Shown one piece after another: positions 28,397 to 37,143 of a stretch of DNA of 64,000 nt. Position numbers and translations under genes: made by a program. The stretch is from Candidatus Latescibacterota bacterium. GTDB taxonomy: Bacteria; Latescibacterota; UBA2968; GCA-2709665. The stretch lies in NCBI GenBank assembly GCA_965205485.1, contig OZ242180.1:4768001-4832000 (forward strand), given 5' to 3'. The number at the start of each line of letters is the position of its first letter. Within the stretch, counting starts at the first letter, position 1. The notes under the pieces are model-generated. The model ran no database searches. It saw only the letters and a list, made by a program, of their open reading frames with translations, and had not been told where the DNA came from.

Positions 28397-29761
28397 TCAA
28401 TACCGGTTCATCTCCGGATGGCCCACCGTATGGCGGGTGCCCGCAAGCGGCACCTCAGCCATGGCGGATGCTTCCATGGTCAGCGCCGCAAGATCTTCCG
28501 GCTCGAGGGAATGGACGTCGGTCTTGCCGCAGGCCCTGGCGAACATCTGGCATTCGATCGCGAGGGTATGCAGGAAATTGTAGACCCGTTCGGCCGCTTC
28601 GTCCGGGTCCAGGCGGCTCCGAAGCACCGGATCCTGGGTGGCCACGCCCACCGGGCACAGCCCGGTATGGCAATGATAGCAGTAACCCGCCGGAACGCCG
28701 ACCGTCCCCTCGTAATCCGCCTCCGGGATATCCTTGTTGCAATTCAGCGCAACCATCGCCGCGGTGCCGATGGCTACCGCGTCGGCGCCAAGCGCAAGCG
28801 CCTTGGCAACATCGGCCCCGTTTCGTATGCCTCCCGCATAGACGAGCGTAATCTCACCGGTCTTTCCAACGTCATCCAGCGCCTTTCTGGCCTGCCGTAT
28901 CGCCGCGATACCCGGCACGCCCGTCTCCTCGGTGGCCAGGTGGGGACCCGCCCCCGTCGAACCCTCCATCCCGTCCATATAGATGCTGTCGGGCCCGGTC
29001 TTGGCCGCCATCCTCACATCGTCGTAGACCCGCGCCGCGCCGAGCTTCAGCTGGATGGGTATCTGCCAGTTGGTGGCTTCGCGAATTTCCTCGATCTTCA
29101 GGGCCAAATCGTCGGGACCCAGCCAGTCCGGGTGCCTGGCGGGAGAACGCTGGTCGATCCCCGCCGGCAACGAGCGCATTTCGGCCACCTGGTCCGTCAC
29201 CTTCTGGCCCATCAGGTGCCCGCCGAGGCCCACCTTGCAGCCCTGGCCGATGAAAAACTCCACGCCGTCGGCAAGACGCATGTGGTGCGGATTGAACCCG
29301 TAGCGGGACTGAATGCACTGGTACAGCCACTTCTCCGAATACCGGCGTTCGTCGGGCAGCATTCCGCCTTCTCCGGAACAGGTTGCCGTGCCCGCCATCG
29401 TGGCCCCTCTCGCCAGCGCCACCTTCGCTTCGTAAGACAGCGCGCCGAAACTCATCCCCGTGATGTAAATGGGAATATCCAGCACCAGCGGCCGTTCGGC
29501 CATCGGCCCAAGCACTGTCTTCGTTTCGCATTTCTCGCGGTACCCCTCGATGACGAACCGGGTGAGCGTGCCCGGAAGAAACGTCAGGTCGTCCCACGAC
29601 GGGATCTCCTTGAAAAGCGCCATGCCGCGCATGCGGTACCGACCCAGATTCGACTTGATGTGTATATCGTCGATCACATGAGGCGGAAACATGAAATTCT
29701 TGCCCAGGACCTGTGGATTCCGTTCGATCCCTGCATTGCCGTTGTCCGAATGTGGTTCCAT
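28397..29761 (-). CDS. mgsC: FMN-binding glutamate synthase family protein (GlxD / N-methylglutamate synthase subunit C-like)
   Basis: GMSFGALS, SGEGGM, GQGCKVGLGGHL.G.KV, IDQRSPARHPDWLGPDDL, GGIRNGADVAKALALGA and CYHCHTGLCPVGVATQD ([3Fe-4S]) motifs. Confidence 0.8.
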   Translation of the reverse strand: MEPHSDNGNAGIERNPQVLGKNFMFPPHVIDDIHIKSNLGRYRMRGMALFKEIPSWDDLTFLPGTLTRFVIEGYREKCETKTVLGPMAERPLVLDIPIYITGMSFGALSYEAKVALARGATMAGTATCSGEGGMLPDERRYSEKWLYQCIQSRYGFNPHHMRLADGVEFFIGQGCKVGLGGHLMGQKVTDQVAEMRSLPAGIDQRSPARHPDWLGPDDLALKIEEIREATNWQIPIQLKLGAARVYDDVRMAAKTGPDSIYMDGMEGSTGAGPHLATEETGVPGIAAIRQARKALDDVGKTGEITLVYAGGIRNGADVAKALALGADAVAIGTAAMVALNCNKDIPEADYEGTVGVPAGYCYHCHTGLCPVGVATQDPVLRSRLDPDEAAERVYNFLHTLAIECQMFARACGKTDVHSLEPEDLAALTMEASAMAEVPLAGTRHTVGHPEMNRY

Positions 29762-29871
29762 TACGTCTCACTCCTGATTTGGCACACGGAGATGACCCCA
29801 TCACCCGGGGCGACGCTCCGACTGGCAGGCGTTCCTGTGATTCGCATTCATTATGGATGGGATTTCGCCAG

Positions 29872-29899
29872 ATAATACGGAAAGGACGCGGGATCTCAA
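29872..29899 (-). promoter_or_regulatory. Possible sigma70 promoter of the methylated-amine cluster
   Basis: TTGAGA-16 nt-TATTAT on the minus strand, about 110 nt upstream of the mgsC-like start. Confidence 0.45.
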
Positions 29900-30025
29900 A
29901 GGAGGAAACGGTGCGGGGGCGAACGGGGATGGGTGCGTAGCCTCTGGTCAACGCAGGATCATCGAGTGGGGGTATGGATCGACATCGACAGGCGAACCGG
30001 GACGGCAAACACCGGAACCGGAGGC

Positions 30026-30772
30026 TCAATCGGCCTTCACCGAGACGTAGAGTCCCCGGCCCCGCATCAGACCGTTTTCGTCGTATCTCGGCCGCAGACC
30101 CGAATGCGCCATTATCTCGAGAAATCTCTCCCGGTCGAACAGGGCCATCTCGTGGGTGTCGCGGAAATACCGGGTGCCTTTTTTCGTAGAAAGGAGAAAA
30201 TGAAAATCGAGGACGGCCAGGTTTCCGCGGCGGCGACTCACGTTGTGCCTTGAGATTTTTACGCCGTCAGCTTCAAGCGTGGCTCCGTGGATCGATCCCG
30301 CAACGAACGTCTCTTTCGTGAAAAAGGGCTCGATAATCAGAATGCCGCCCGGTTTCAGATGTCTTGCAAAACAGGCGATCGTCCGTTTCAGGTTCCGATA
30401 CGTCCTGACGTAGGCGATCGAACTGAACAGACAGATGACCGCGTCAAAACGACGCTTGAGATTGAAGGACGTCATGTCCCGGGACAGAAATGTGACACCG
30501 GGTATTTTTCTGCGGGCTACCTTCAACATTTCCCGATTCAGATCCACGCCGGTGATATCGTAGTGGTCCCGCAGATATCGGGTATGCCCGCCGGTCCCGC
30601 ACGCGACGTCCAGCAGTGTGTTACCGTGCGACACACAATGTGAACGGATCAACTGATGAACCCGCTCCGACTCGGCCCGATAGTCCTTCCACTGATACAT
30701 GACGTCGTAAAACGGCGCCAGCTCGGCCCACATCTTCTCGGTTTCATTCAGCGTCAACCCGGCCTCCCGCAA
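30026..30772 (-). CDS. Class I SAM-dependent methyltransferase (TylM1/DesVI-like N-methyltransferase pattern)
   Basis: A.FYD.MY..KDY.AE, LLDVACGTGGH, FDAVICLFSSIAY and HLKPGG.L.IEP motifs. Exact start uncertain. Confidence 0.85.
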   Translation of the reverse strand: MREAGLTLNETEKMWAELAPFYDVMYQWKDYRAESERVHQLIRSHCVSHGNTLLDVACGTGGHTRYLRDHYDITGVDLNREMLKVARRKIPGVTFLSRDMTSFNLKRRFDAVICLFSSIAYVRTYRNLKRTIACFARHLKPGGILIIEPFFTKETFVAGSIHGATLEADGVKISRHNVSRRRGNLAVLDFHFLLSTKKGTRYFRDTHEMALFDRERFLEIMAHSGLRPRYDENGLMRGRGLYVSVKAD

Positions 30773-30807
30773 TTTGACGATATCACGCGGTGCAGCCGTT
30801 CCCGCTG

Positions 30808-31782
30808 CTACCGGGCGAAAAAGTGATACGTGGCGCCCACGTGTAGCTGATAATTGGAAGTCAGCTGGCTCTCATTCACATTCTGGTAAACAGGAAGCGG
30901 CAATCTCGCTTCCAGGCTCAGATTCTCCATCGCCCGTACGCCCAGTTTCGGCGCAAGATAGACCCAGGTGCCCCCACGTTTTCGGGCGATCTTTCCGTAT
31001 TGGAAAAAATCGCGGGCCGTGTGAACGTGGTTCAGGCTGAGACCCGCAATGAGCTTGTCCCCGTGGAGATAATCCATGGAAAAGATGCCTTGAAACTCGT
31101 TTCCGTATTTGTATCCGTATACATTCTCGCGGGAAATAATGCGGGTGAACAGCATGCCGGAGAAGAACAGGTTGTCGAACGAGCGCGAAAGACTGACAGA
31201 GAGAATGGGGTCCATGCTTCCGGAACCCACCTGCAGCAGATCGGCGAACCGCTCGCCGTACTCATCGACCGCGTGGGTCGACCCGTTCGCGAGCTTGACG
31301 CCTGCTGAAAAGAGCAGCCCGGGCAACGCTTCCGGCAGAGGCGGAGCAAAGTTCAACATCAGAACGACGTCGCCGAGACCGGCGGCGTGCCGGACGTACT
31401 CGCCGCCCAGATACTGGTTGTCGTACTGACCTGGAAGGAGGATTTTATCGTTGGTTATGGAACGAAACGGAAGCACCACGGCGGCGCCGAACCATTCCGT
31501 GACCCCGTAACTCGCGAATACGGATACCGTTGACATGCTGGTCACTTCCTGGTTGATGTTGGGTATCGGTCCGGTACCGAACTTCGCATCGCCCAGATAC
31601 TCGTATTCGTAATTCATGCTCAGAACCAGAAGGTCTTTCGAAATCAGACTGCCCTGCAGCATTCTCCCGCCCGGGAGCACGGGGCGGCGTCAACTCACGC
31701 CCGGCTGCGCCAGTACGAGCTGTTCCGTGAGAATCAGCTGGGCGAACAGAATCAGCGGAAAAACGTGTAACGAGCGTCTCAT
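30808..31782 (-). CDS. Exported outer-membrane beta-barrel 'transporter'-like protein with an in-frame UGA at codon 31 (putative selenocysteine)
   Basis: GGAGG RBS plus ATG at 31782 gives signal peptide MRRSLHVFPLILFAQLILTEQLVLA-QPGVS-[TGA 31690-31692]-RRPV, in frame with ORF 30808..31680. GLGDV..., VKLANG, LQVGSGS.D and a C-terminal YHF strand fit a MetA-pathway/phenol-degradation-type barrel. Confidence 0.75.
31664..31677 (-). promoter_or_regulatory. Putative bacterial SECIS hairpin
   Basis: CUCCC-GGGC-GGGAG stem-loop starting 12 nt after the UGA. The apical loop starts with G at the 18th nt after the UGA. Confidence 0.55.
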
Positions 31783-31814
31783 GGTCGTGGATCCTCCAGC
31801 GACGTTATTTGCAG

Positions 31815-32318
31815 CTAACCCTTCAACGACTTTTCCAGAATTTTCCTGTATGTCCGAAACGAACGGTAACCCGAAAAAAGGACCTCGCCACGGGCATTGA
31901 CAATGACAACCGTGGGCGTCAAACGCGTCTCGAAGGCTTCGAACACCCTGCCATCCGAATCAATGTAGCTGTGCAGCGTTTCCTTTCTGTCCGCGAAGAA
32001 GGTCTGGATTTCCTCCGCGCTGTTCTTCCAGGCAATGCCGAAGACCTGGACCCTGTCGCCGAATTTCTTCCTCAACTTGAAGACGTTCTTCAAATCCTTC
32101 TTGCAGGACTTGCACCAGGTTGCCCACAAGTAGACGAAGGATGGCTTGCCTACGCAGACGTCGGCAAGATTCAGCGTATCACCTTCGAGCGTGACAACCT
32201 GCACACGCGGCACGGGACCGGGTTTTCTATCCTTTGCCGCCCCGACATCCGGAACACAGCAGATCAGACACGTTACCAGCGCAACACCGGTGATCCGGGC
32301 CAGTTTTGTCCTGCCCAT
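31815..32318 (-). CDS. TlpA/ResA-family thioredoxin-like disulfide reductase, exported
   Basis: Signal/anchor followed by LWATWCKSC and TPTVVIVN..G.V. GAGGTG RBS before ATG 32318. Confidence 0.9.
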   Translation of the reverse strand: MGRTKLARITGVALVTCLICCVPDVGAAKDRKPGPVPRVQVVTLEGDTLNLADVCVGKPSFVYLWATWCKSCKKDLKNVFKLRKKFGDRVQVFGIAWKNSAEEIQTFFADRKETLHSYIDSDGRVFEAFETRLTPTVVIVNARGEVLFSGYRSFRTYRKILEKSLKG

Positions 32319-32383
32319 AGACATCACCTCAATGAACGGTATCTGTACCCGACAACCGTCTCGCCCGATAGTCGATTGAAAGG

Positions 32384-33577
32384 TCATCTCTCTACGGCAT
32401 ACTTGTAGACCACGCGGATGCGATGATTGAACGTATCCGCGATATACAGATTCTCTTCCCTGTCGAGCGCGACTCCGAACGGACTCCTGAGTTTTCCCCA
32501 CCGGGGATGGTCGCTGTCGCCCTTGAAACCGGGCTCGCCGCACCGGCCGGCAAGCGTGGTGATTGTCCCCTCCGTATCCACCTTCCGGATACAATGGTTG
32601 CCTGTGTCAGCAATATACAGGTTGCCCTCCGCGTCGACGGCCACGTCGCTCGGGCGCGACAGGCTGGCCTGGGTCGCCGGCCCGCCGTCTCCGGAATACG
32701 TACCGGCGGTTGCGCCAATACTGCCGCCGCCGGCCACTGTGCTGATCCTGCCGCTGGTATCCACCATGCGTATCCGGTTGTTGAACGTATCGGCGATATA
32801 AAGGTTGCCCCGGCCATCCATCGTGATCCGGCCGGCAGGCTGCGCGGCGTCACCCGTGGGCGCATACAGGTCGGCCAGGGTCGCAGGACCGCCGTCCCCG
32901 GAAAACCCCTCCCGTCCGGTGCCCGCAACGGTAGAGATGATTCCGTTCAGATCAACCCTTCGAATGCGGAGGTTTCCCTGATCGGAGATATACATGCGGC
33001 CGGACGGATCGAAAACCGTGGAGCTCGGCAGATTCAGAGAGGCATCCAGAGCGGGGCCGCCATCGCCCCTGAACCCGCGATCGCCCCGGCCGGCGATGGG
33101 TTCGACGCGGCGCGAGGTAGCGTCGTATCGCAGGATCCTTGAGTTCTGCCAGGCCGACAGGATCAACCGCCCCTGCGGATCGAACGAAATATGTGCCGGA
33201 TGATCAACGCCTACCTCGAGCGCGGAACCCGCGGGCGCCGCGCCCGGTTCGCCGTTGCCGATCAGAGGGCGCAGGGTTCCGTTGTCGATCACGACAACCC
33301 GATTGTTGTTCCAGTCCAGAATGTACGTCCGGCCGTCGGGGCCGACGGCCATATCCTGAGGGAAATATAACTCCGAGTCGAGAGGACCCGATCCGGAGGC
33401 ATTCCTCCCCGGATCTCCGGTGCCGGCGATGGTGATCATGATTCCATAGGGCAACCCGGGATACGCTTCGTAGAGATCATCGTCCACGGTGGGCGGCGTC
33501 TTCCCACAGGCCGCCACGGCCACGGACGCCCAGATTATGAACGCCAGCCGGACCGAAATTTGTCTCAGGTTTCTCAT
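32384..33577 (-). CDS. NHL-repeat beta-propeller lipoprotein
   Basis: Lipobox VAA-C and repeated G..GFSGDGGPA..A.L..P.DVAVD..GNLYIADT.N.RIR.VD units. Confidence 0.92.
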   Translation of the reverse strand: MRNLRQISVRLAFIIWASVAVAACGKTPPTVDDDLYEAYPGLPYGIMITIAGTGDPGRNASGSGPLDSELYFPQDMAVGPDGRTYILDWNNNRVVVIDNGTLRPLIGNGEPGAAPAGSALEVGVDHPAHISFDPQGRLILSAWQNSRILRYDATSRRVEPIAGRGDRGFRGDGGPALDASLNLPSSTVFDPSGRMYISDQGNLRIRRVDLNGIISTVAGTGREGFSGDGGPATLADLYAPTGDAAQPAGRITMDGRGNLYIADTFNNRIRMVDTSGRISTVAGGGSIGATAGTYSGDGGPATQASLSRPSDVAVDAEGNLYIADTGNHCIRKVDTEGTITTLAGRCGEPGFKGDSDHPRWGKLRSPFGVALDREENLYIADTFNHRIRVVYKYAVER

Positions 33578-33703
33578 CCTGGTAAAAATAGGTACAAGCG
33601 TGCCGCGATTCAACCCTGAAGATGTTTTAGTTACCGGAATCCCGTATTACAGCGCAACCCCTGAACCTCGCGGTAAACCGTCCAAGGACGATCGTTCAGA
33701 CGG

Positions 33704-34594
33704 TCACCGTCCACCTTCCTCAAACGCCCGATAGTACGCCAGGGGCTGGGACAGGTCCTCATCGAGCTCCGTCAACACCAGCCGCATCCTGACCGTGCGA
33801 CGGCTGCCGGGCACCAGGTCGTCGCCGAACAGCGAAAAATCGAACGCGCTGTAATCCGTCATTCGATCGGCTTCGTCATCCACGTGATACCGGGTACTGA
33901 TGGCATAGCAGTCCGCCTCCGTCGACATCAGCACAACGCCCAGACGATTCCCGACGTCGGTCAGAAACGAGAACGGATAGCCATAGTACCGGACCGGGCA
34001 CATCTGCACGGTAGGCGAGTTGCTCTCACTGCGGTTCCACCGTCCGTCGACGCAGCGCCTCGCGGCGTGCGGGTCCCTCGGAAACACGATGACGGTCCCG
34101 CGAAAGACGTCATTCACCATGGGAACAACCAGCTCGGGGGCCTCGCTCGCCCGGCCGTAACGGCTTCCGTGCAGATAGATGTGGGGCAGCAGCGTCTTGT
34201 CGAAATAGTTCGACAGGAAGAGCTCATATCCCGCATAGGTCCCTTCGCACGATACCGTCACCGCCAGGTCGATGCAATTCGGCTCGACGACCTCGTAGCG
34301 GGCGGTCAGCGCGCCCTGATGGGTTTCGGTAGCGGGCCAATGTATTTCAATAACGTTGTCCCGGACGTCGACGGACCGGTCCATCAGACGAGGTTGATCC
34401 AGACCCTGGTGAACCGCGAACAACCGGAACAGGTTCAATGCCGAAAATTCGGGATGGATCACCTGCCTGCCGGTGACCTTATGCGTAAGCGTCCACACCC
34501 CGTGATAGTTTCCCGACGCGCGGATTTCGCCGGTCATCGCCTCCGTTTCGAAATGATACGCGCCGGCAGCCGGACGATATACGAACTCGGCCAT
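33704..34594 (-). CDS. Hypothetical protein (beta-rich, soluble)
   Basis: 296-aa ORF with GGGGGAG RBS, co-oriented with its neighbours. No family recognised. Confidence 0.65.
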   Translation of the reverse strand: MAEFVYRPAAGAYHFETEAMTGEIRASGNYHGVWTLTHKVTGRQVIHPEFSALNLFRLFAVHQGLDQPRLMDRSVDVRDNVIEIHWPATETHQGALTARYEVVEPNCIDLAVTVSCEGTYAGYELFLSNYFDKTLLPHIYLHGSRYGRASEAPELVVPMVNDVFRGTVIVFPRDPHAARRCVDGRWNRSESNSPTVQMCPVRYYGYPFSFLTDVGNRLGVVLMSTEADCYAISTRYHVDDEADRMTDYSAFDFSLFGDDLVPGSRRTVRMRLVLTELDEDLSQPLAYYRAFEEGGR

Positions 34595-34616
34595 TTTCAC
34601 TCCCCCGTCCTGGAAT

Positions 34617-36065
34617 CTATTCGGCGGTGATCTCTTCAATTCGTTCCGCGACCGCCCCGGTCAGGATCTCCAGACAGCCGGGCGCGAGACTCGACGGCTC
34701 CTCCTGGTAGAGACCCTTGCCGTAAGCGTCCTTCCGCAACAGGTAAGCGACCTGCACATTGCCCGCCAGAGGAGAAACCAGAATCGCGAACCGGGGAAAC
34801 CGCCGGCGCAACACCACCTGAAGATCGCTGTAGGGTTCCCCGCCGCATGTCACCCAGACCGCGTCTCCCATACGGTATACGGAGAATCGATACGGGTAGG
34901 TCTCGCCAGGCGGCAGGTTCGCAATTCGCGCGAGCCAGCGCCTGGCGCGCTCCGCCCGGGCGCCGCAGGTTCGGGCCTCCGCAGCGTCGCCGGCCGCAGA
35001 GGCGGCCCGTTCGGCTTCCGACCATCGCGCCAGCTCGTCCCGGAGCGATTCCGGGTCGCGGCGTTTTTTCATCGGCAGGTCCACGGAATACACGCCGCCG
35101 TCGAAAATGGAAGCCTCGCGCAATCGCTCCCGTCCAAACGGCGCGTGCGCCCACGCGCCAATCGTGGCCCCTGAGATTACGGGACCCTGATACTCGAAGT
35201 CCGTGCCCGGCGGCCCCATCGACATCAGAACGGAAAGCGCCGCAAACCCCAGCTGGCGCCCGTTCTTCTCCGCGACGTCGACGTCACCCACGAATCCGTG
35301 TTTCGGACCCAGGTCCCCGCACGGCGCCAGCGCGAACGTGCAGGGCGCCCCGGTTACCCGCTCGACTTCCTCCCGCATCGTACCCACGTAATCCGGGCTG
35401 ATCAGCGTATTTTCCCATGCAAGCGTGGTCGGGTGGCACGCGTAATTCACCACCGTCGCCACGGTCCTGCCGTCTCCTTCCGTCAGGCGTCCCACCAGCA
35501 GGGTATCGTCGCCGTTGCCTTCCGGATTGTACCCGCAGACATATCCGTCGAACACCTCGTCCCGGTAGTCCCTGTCGGCCGCCATATCGCAAAAACCGGA
35601 TGCATAGGTAATCAGCACCTCCCGCACTCCTGACATCGCCTCTCCGCAAGCCTCCGCCAGCTGATTCCCCACGTCCTCAAGAAACGGCTCGATCAGCTCG
35701 CCTCCGGGCATGCCGAAACGATCCGGCGCGTACCATCCGGAGGCGTGGGTGTGCGAGAACGTCACGTCCACCCGATCCCGATCGACCCCCGCCGCCTTGG
35801 CGAGCGCCTTCACCAGCGCCGCATACTGTTGGGCGACAAGGCCGACCAGGTCCAGATGCGCCCGAACCAGCCGAATCTCCGCCGGTGCGTCCACTGATTC
35901 AAAAACCGACACGTCTCCAAGAATCGGGCGATGAACGCCCGTGGCCCTGTCGTGCCTGGCCGCGCCCCACATGCGGTGATAGATTCCCACCGGCGGCGTG
36001 ATGTCCACGCGCGCGAAGCCGAAGCGCACGCGTGAGGTTGGCGCACGCTGTTTTCTTCGAACCAT
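34617..36065 (-). CDS. Neutral/alkaline ceramidase-like (creatininase-related) metallo-amidohydrolase
   Basis: GFARVDITPPVG, SHTHAS, NYACHPTTL, ISPDYVG and GD..P motifs. Confidence 0.7.
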   Translation of the reverse strand: MVRRKQRAPTSRVRFGFARVDITPPVGIYHRMWGAARHDRATGVHRPILGDVSVFESVDAPAEIRLVRAHLDLVGLVAQQYAALVKALAKAAGVDRDRVDVTFSHTHASGWYAPDRFGMPGGELIEPFLEDVGNQLAEACGEAMSGVREVLITYASGFCDMAADRDYRDEVFDGYVCGYNPEGNGDDTLLVGRLTEGDGRTVATVVNYACHPTTLAWENTLISPDYVGTMREEVERVTGAPCTFALAPCGDLGPKHGFVGDVDVAEKNGRQLGFAALSVLMSMGPPGTDFEYQGPVISGATIGAWAHAPFGRERLREASIFDGGVYSVDLPMKKRRDPESLRDELARWSEAERAASAAGDAAEARTCGARAERARRWLARIANLPPGETYPYRFSVYRMGDAVWVTCGGEPYSDLQVVLRRRFPRFAILVSPLAGNVQVAYLLRKDAYGKGLYQEEPSSLAPGCLEILTGAVAERIEEITAE

Positions 36066-36155
36066 ACTGACCTTCTCCACAGCAACAATGCCGGATGCAG
36101 ACCTATCCCCATCCCGGGCCAGGTTCCCCATTCGAGCCTTCGACGTCTCCGGCCA

Positions 36156-36878
36156 CTACCGCAACTGATACGCGATCGCGTAGGCCGTCTTGTGCTCGCC
36201 CGAACGGTTCACCTCGGAACGATGCCACGTGTAGTTCGAGAAGAACGCGGCGTCTCCTGGCCGCATCGGTAACACCACTTCGCCGGACAGGTCCACGCCG
36301 TCCGTTGGAATCCGCCAACGGCTGAACGCTTCCCCCGTCCGCGCAGCGTGATAGTTCGGTTCGTCGTAATAACGTTCGTGGGTCGTCAGTGTCCAATCCC
36401 TGTGGGTCCCGGGCAGAATTCCCAGCGCACTGGCGTCCACGCCCACTTCGTCCAGCGCGATCCAGGTATTGCACCCTCGTCCCGGCTCGATCTTCCAGTA
36501 GTAGGAATCCTGGTGATAGAATGAATGCCCGTCGATCTCACGGTGCTTGATGAGCGCCTGATCCGTAAATCGCTTCACGGGGCCGCCCAGGATTTGCGAC
36601 ATCGCAGCTTGCAGATTGTCGTGGTCCGCAATCTCCCGGAAGACGGCCTCCTGTCTCGCGGGCCTCTGGACGCCGACTGGCAGGAAACCACCCTTTTTGT
36701 TTCGAAACTTCCCGGGATCCAGCACCTGAAAATGCAGATCCGGCCAGTCGTGCCCACCCTCCATCAACTCCATAAGCCGGTTCCGCACCGCGGCCGCCTC
36801 GGCTGGTGATATCAGGCCATCCACCGTTGTATATCCGTCGTACTCATACTGCCGCAACTTCGACTCGTCCAGCTTCAT
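36156..36878 (-). CDS. Phytanoyl-CoA dioxygenase family Fe(II)/2-oxoglutarate oxygenase
   Basis: Y..DGY, HQD..YW, WIALD, L.ILPGTH and GDA.FF...TWH.S..N.S motifs. Confidence 0.92.
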   Translation of the reverse strand: MKLDESKLRQYEYDGYTTVDGLISPAEAAAVRNRLMELMEGGHDWPDLHFQVLDPGKFRNKKGGFLPVGVQRPARQEAVFREIADHDNLQAAMSQILGGPVKRFTDQALIKHREIDGHSFYHQDSYYWKIEPGRGCNTWIALDEVGVDASALGILPGTHRDWTLTTHERYYDEPNYHAARTGEAFSRWRIPTDGVDLSGEVVLPMRPGDAAFFSNYTWHRSEVNRSGEHKTAYAIAYQLR

Positions 36879-36912
36879 GGGGCAATCTCCCGGTTTTCCC
36901 ACAATGACACCT

Positions 36913-37077
36913 AGTGTCCTGTCCCAAAAATTCCTCACCATTCGACCGCCGATTCATCCAGTCTCGCTGCGTTCCCCTCGCTCGCCGACCATACGCAGGT
37001 CGCCTGCGCTCGGGCGCCTTGCGAGCCAGGCGACTCGGCGGTCGAATTTTGGCAACTTATTTCCGGGACAGAACACT
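36913..37077. mobile_element. MITE (family C)
   Basis: 19-bp imperfect TIRs AGTGTCCTGTCCCAAAAAT / ATTTCCGGGACAGAACACT (16/19), CTAG/CTGG at the junctions, and a nested perfect 12-bp inverted repeat TTCGACCGCCGA (36941) / TCGGCGGTCGAA (37035). Confidence 0.75.
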
Positions 37078-37143
37078 GGTTGTGACGATCATTGACGTCA
37101 TGCAGGCCCGACCCGTCGAATCCGCATCGGAAATACCCGGCCG

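Noticed and set aside
29762..30025. Possible riboswitch upstream of the mgsC-like gene (GGAG...GCCCC/GGGGT...CTCC hairpin)
   Set aside because: I could not match it to THF, glycine, guanidine or glutamine riboswitch consensus, and GC-rich hairpins are expected by chance. An Rfam scan would settle it.
30026..30772. Methyltransferase as part of the methylamine operon or of selenium methylation
   Set aside because: It is separated from mgsC by a 264-nt gap with its own promoter-like sequence. It lies 35 nt after the UGA-containing gene, but nothing in the sequence indicates its substrate.
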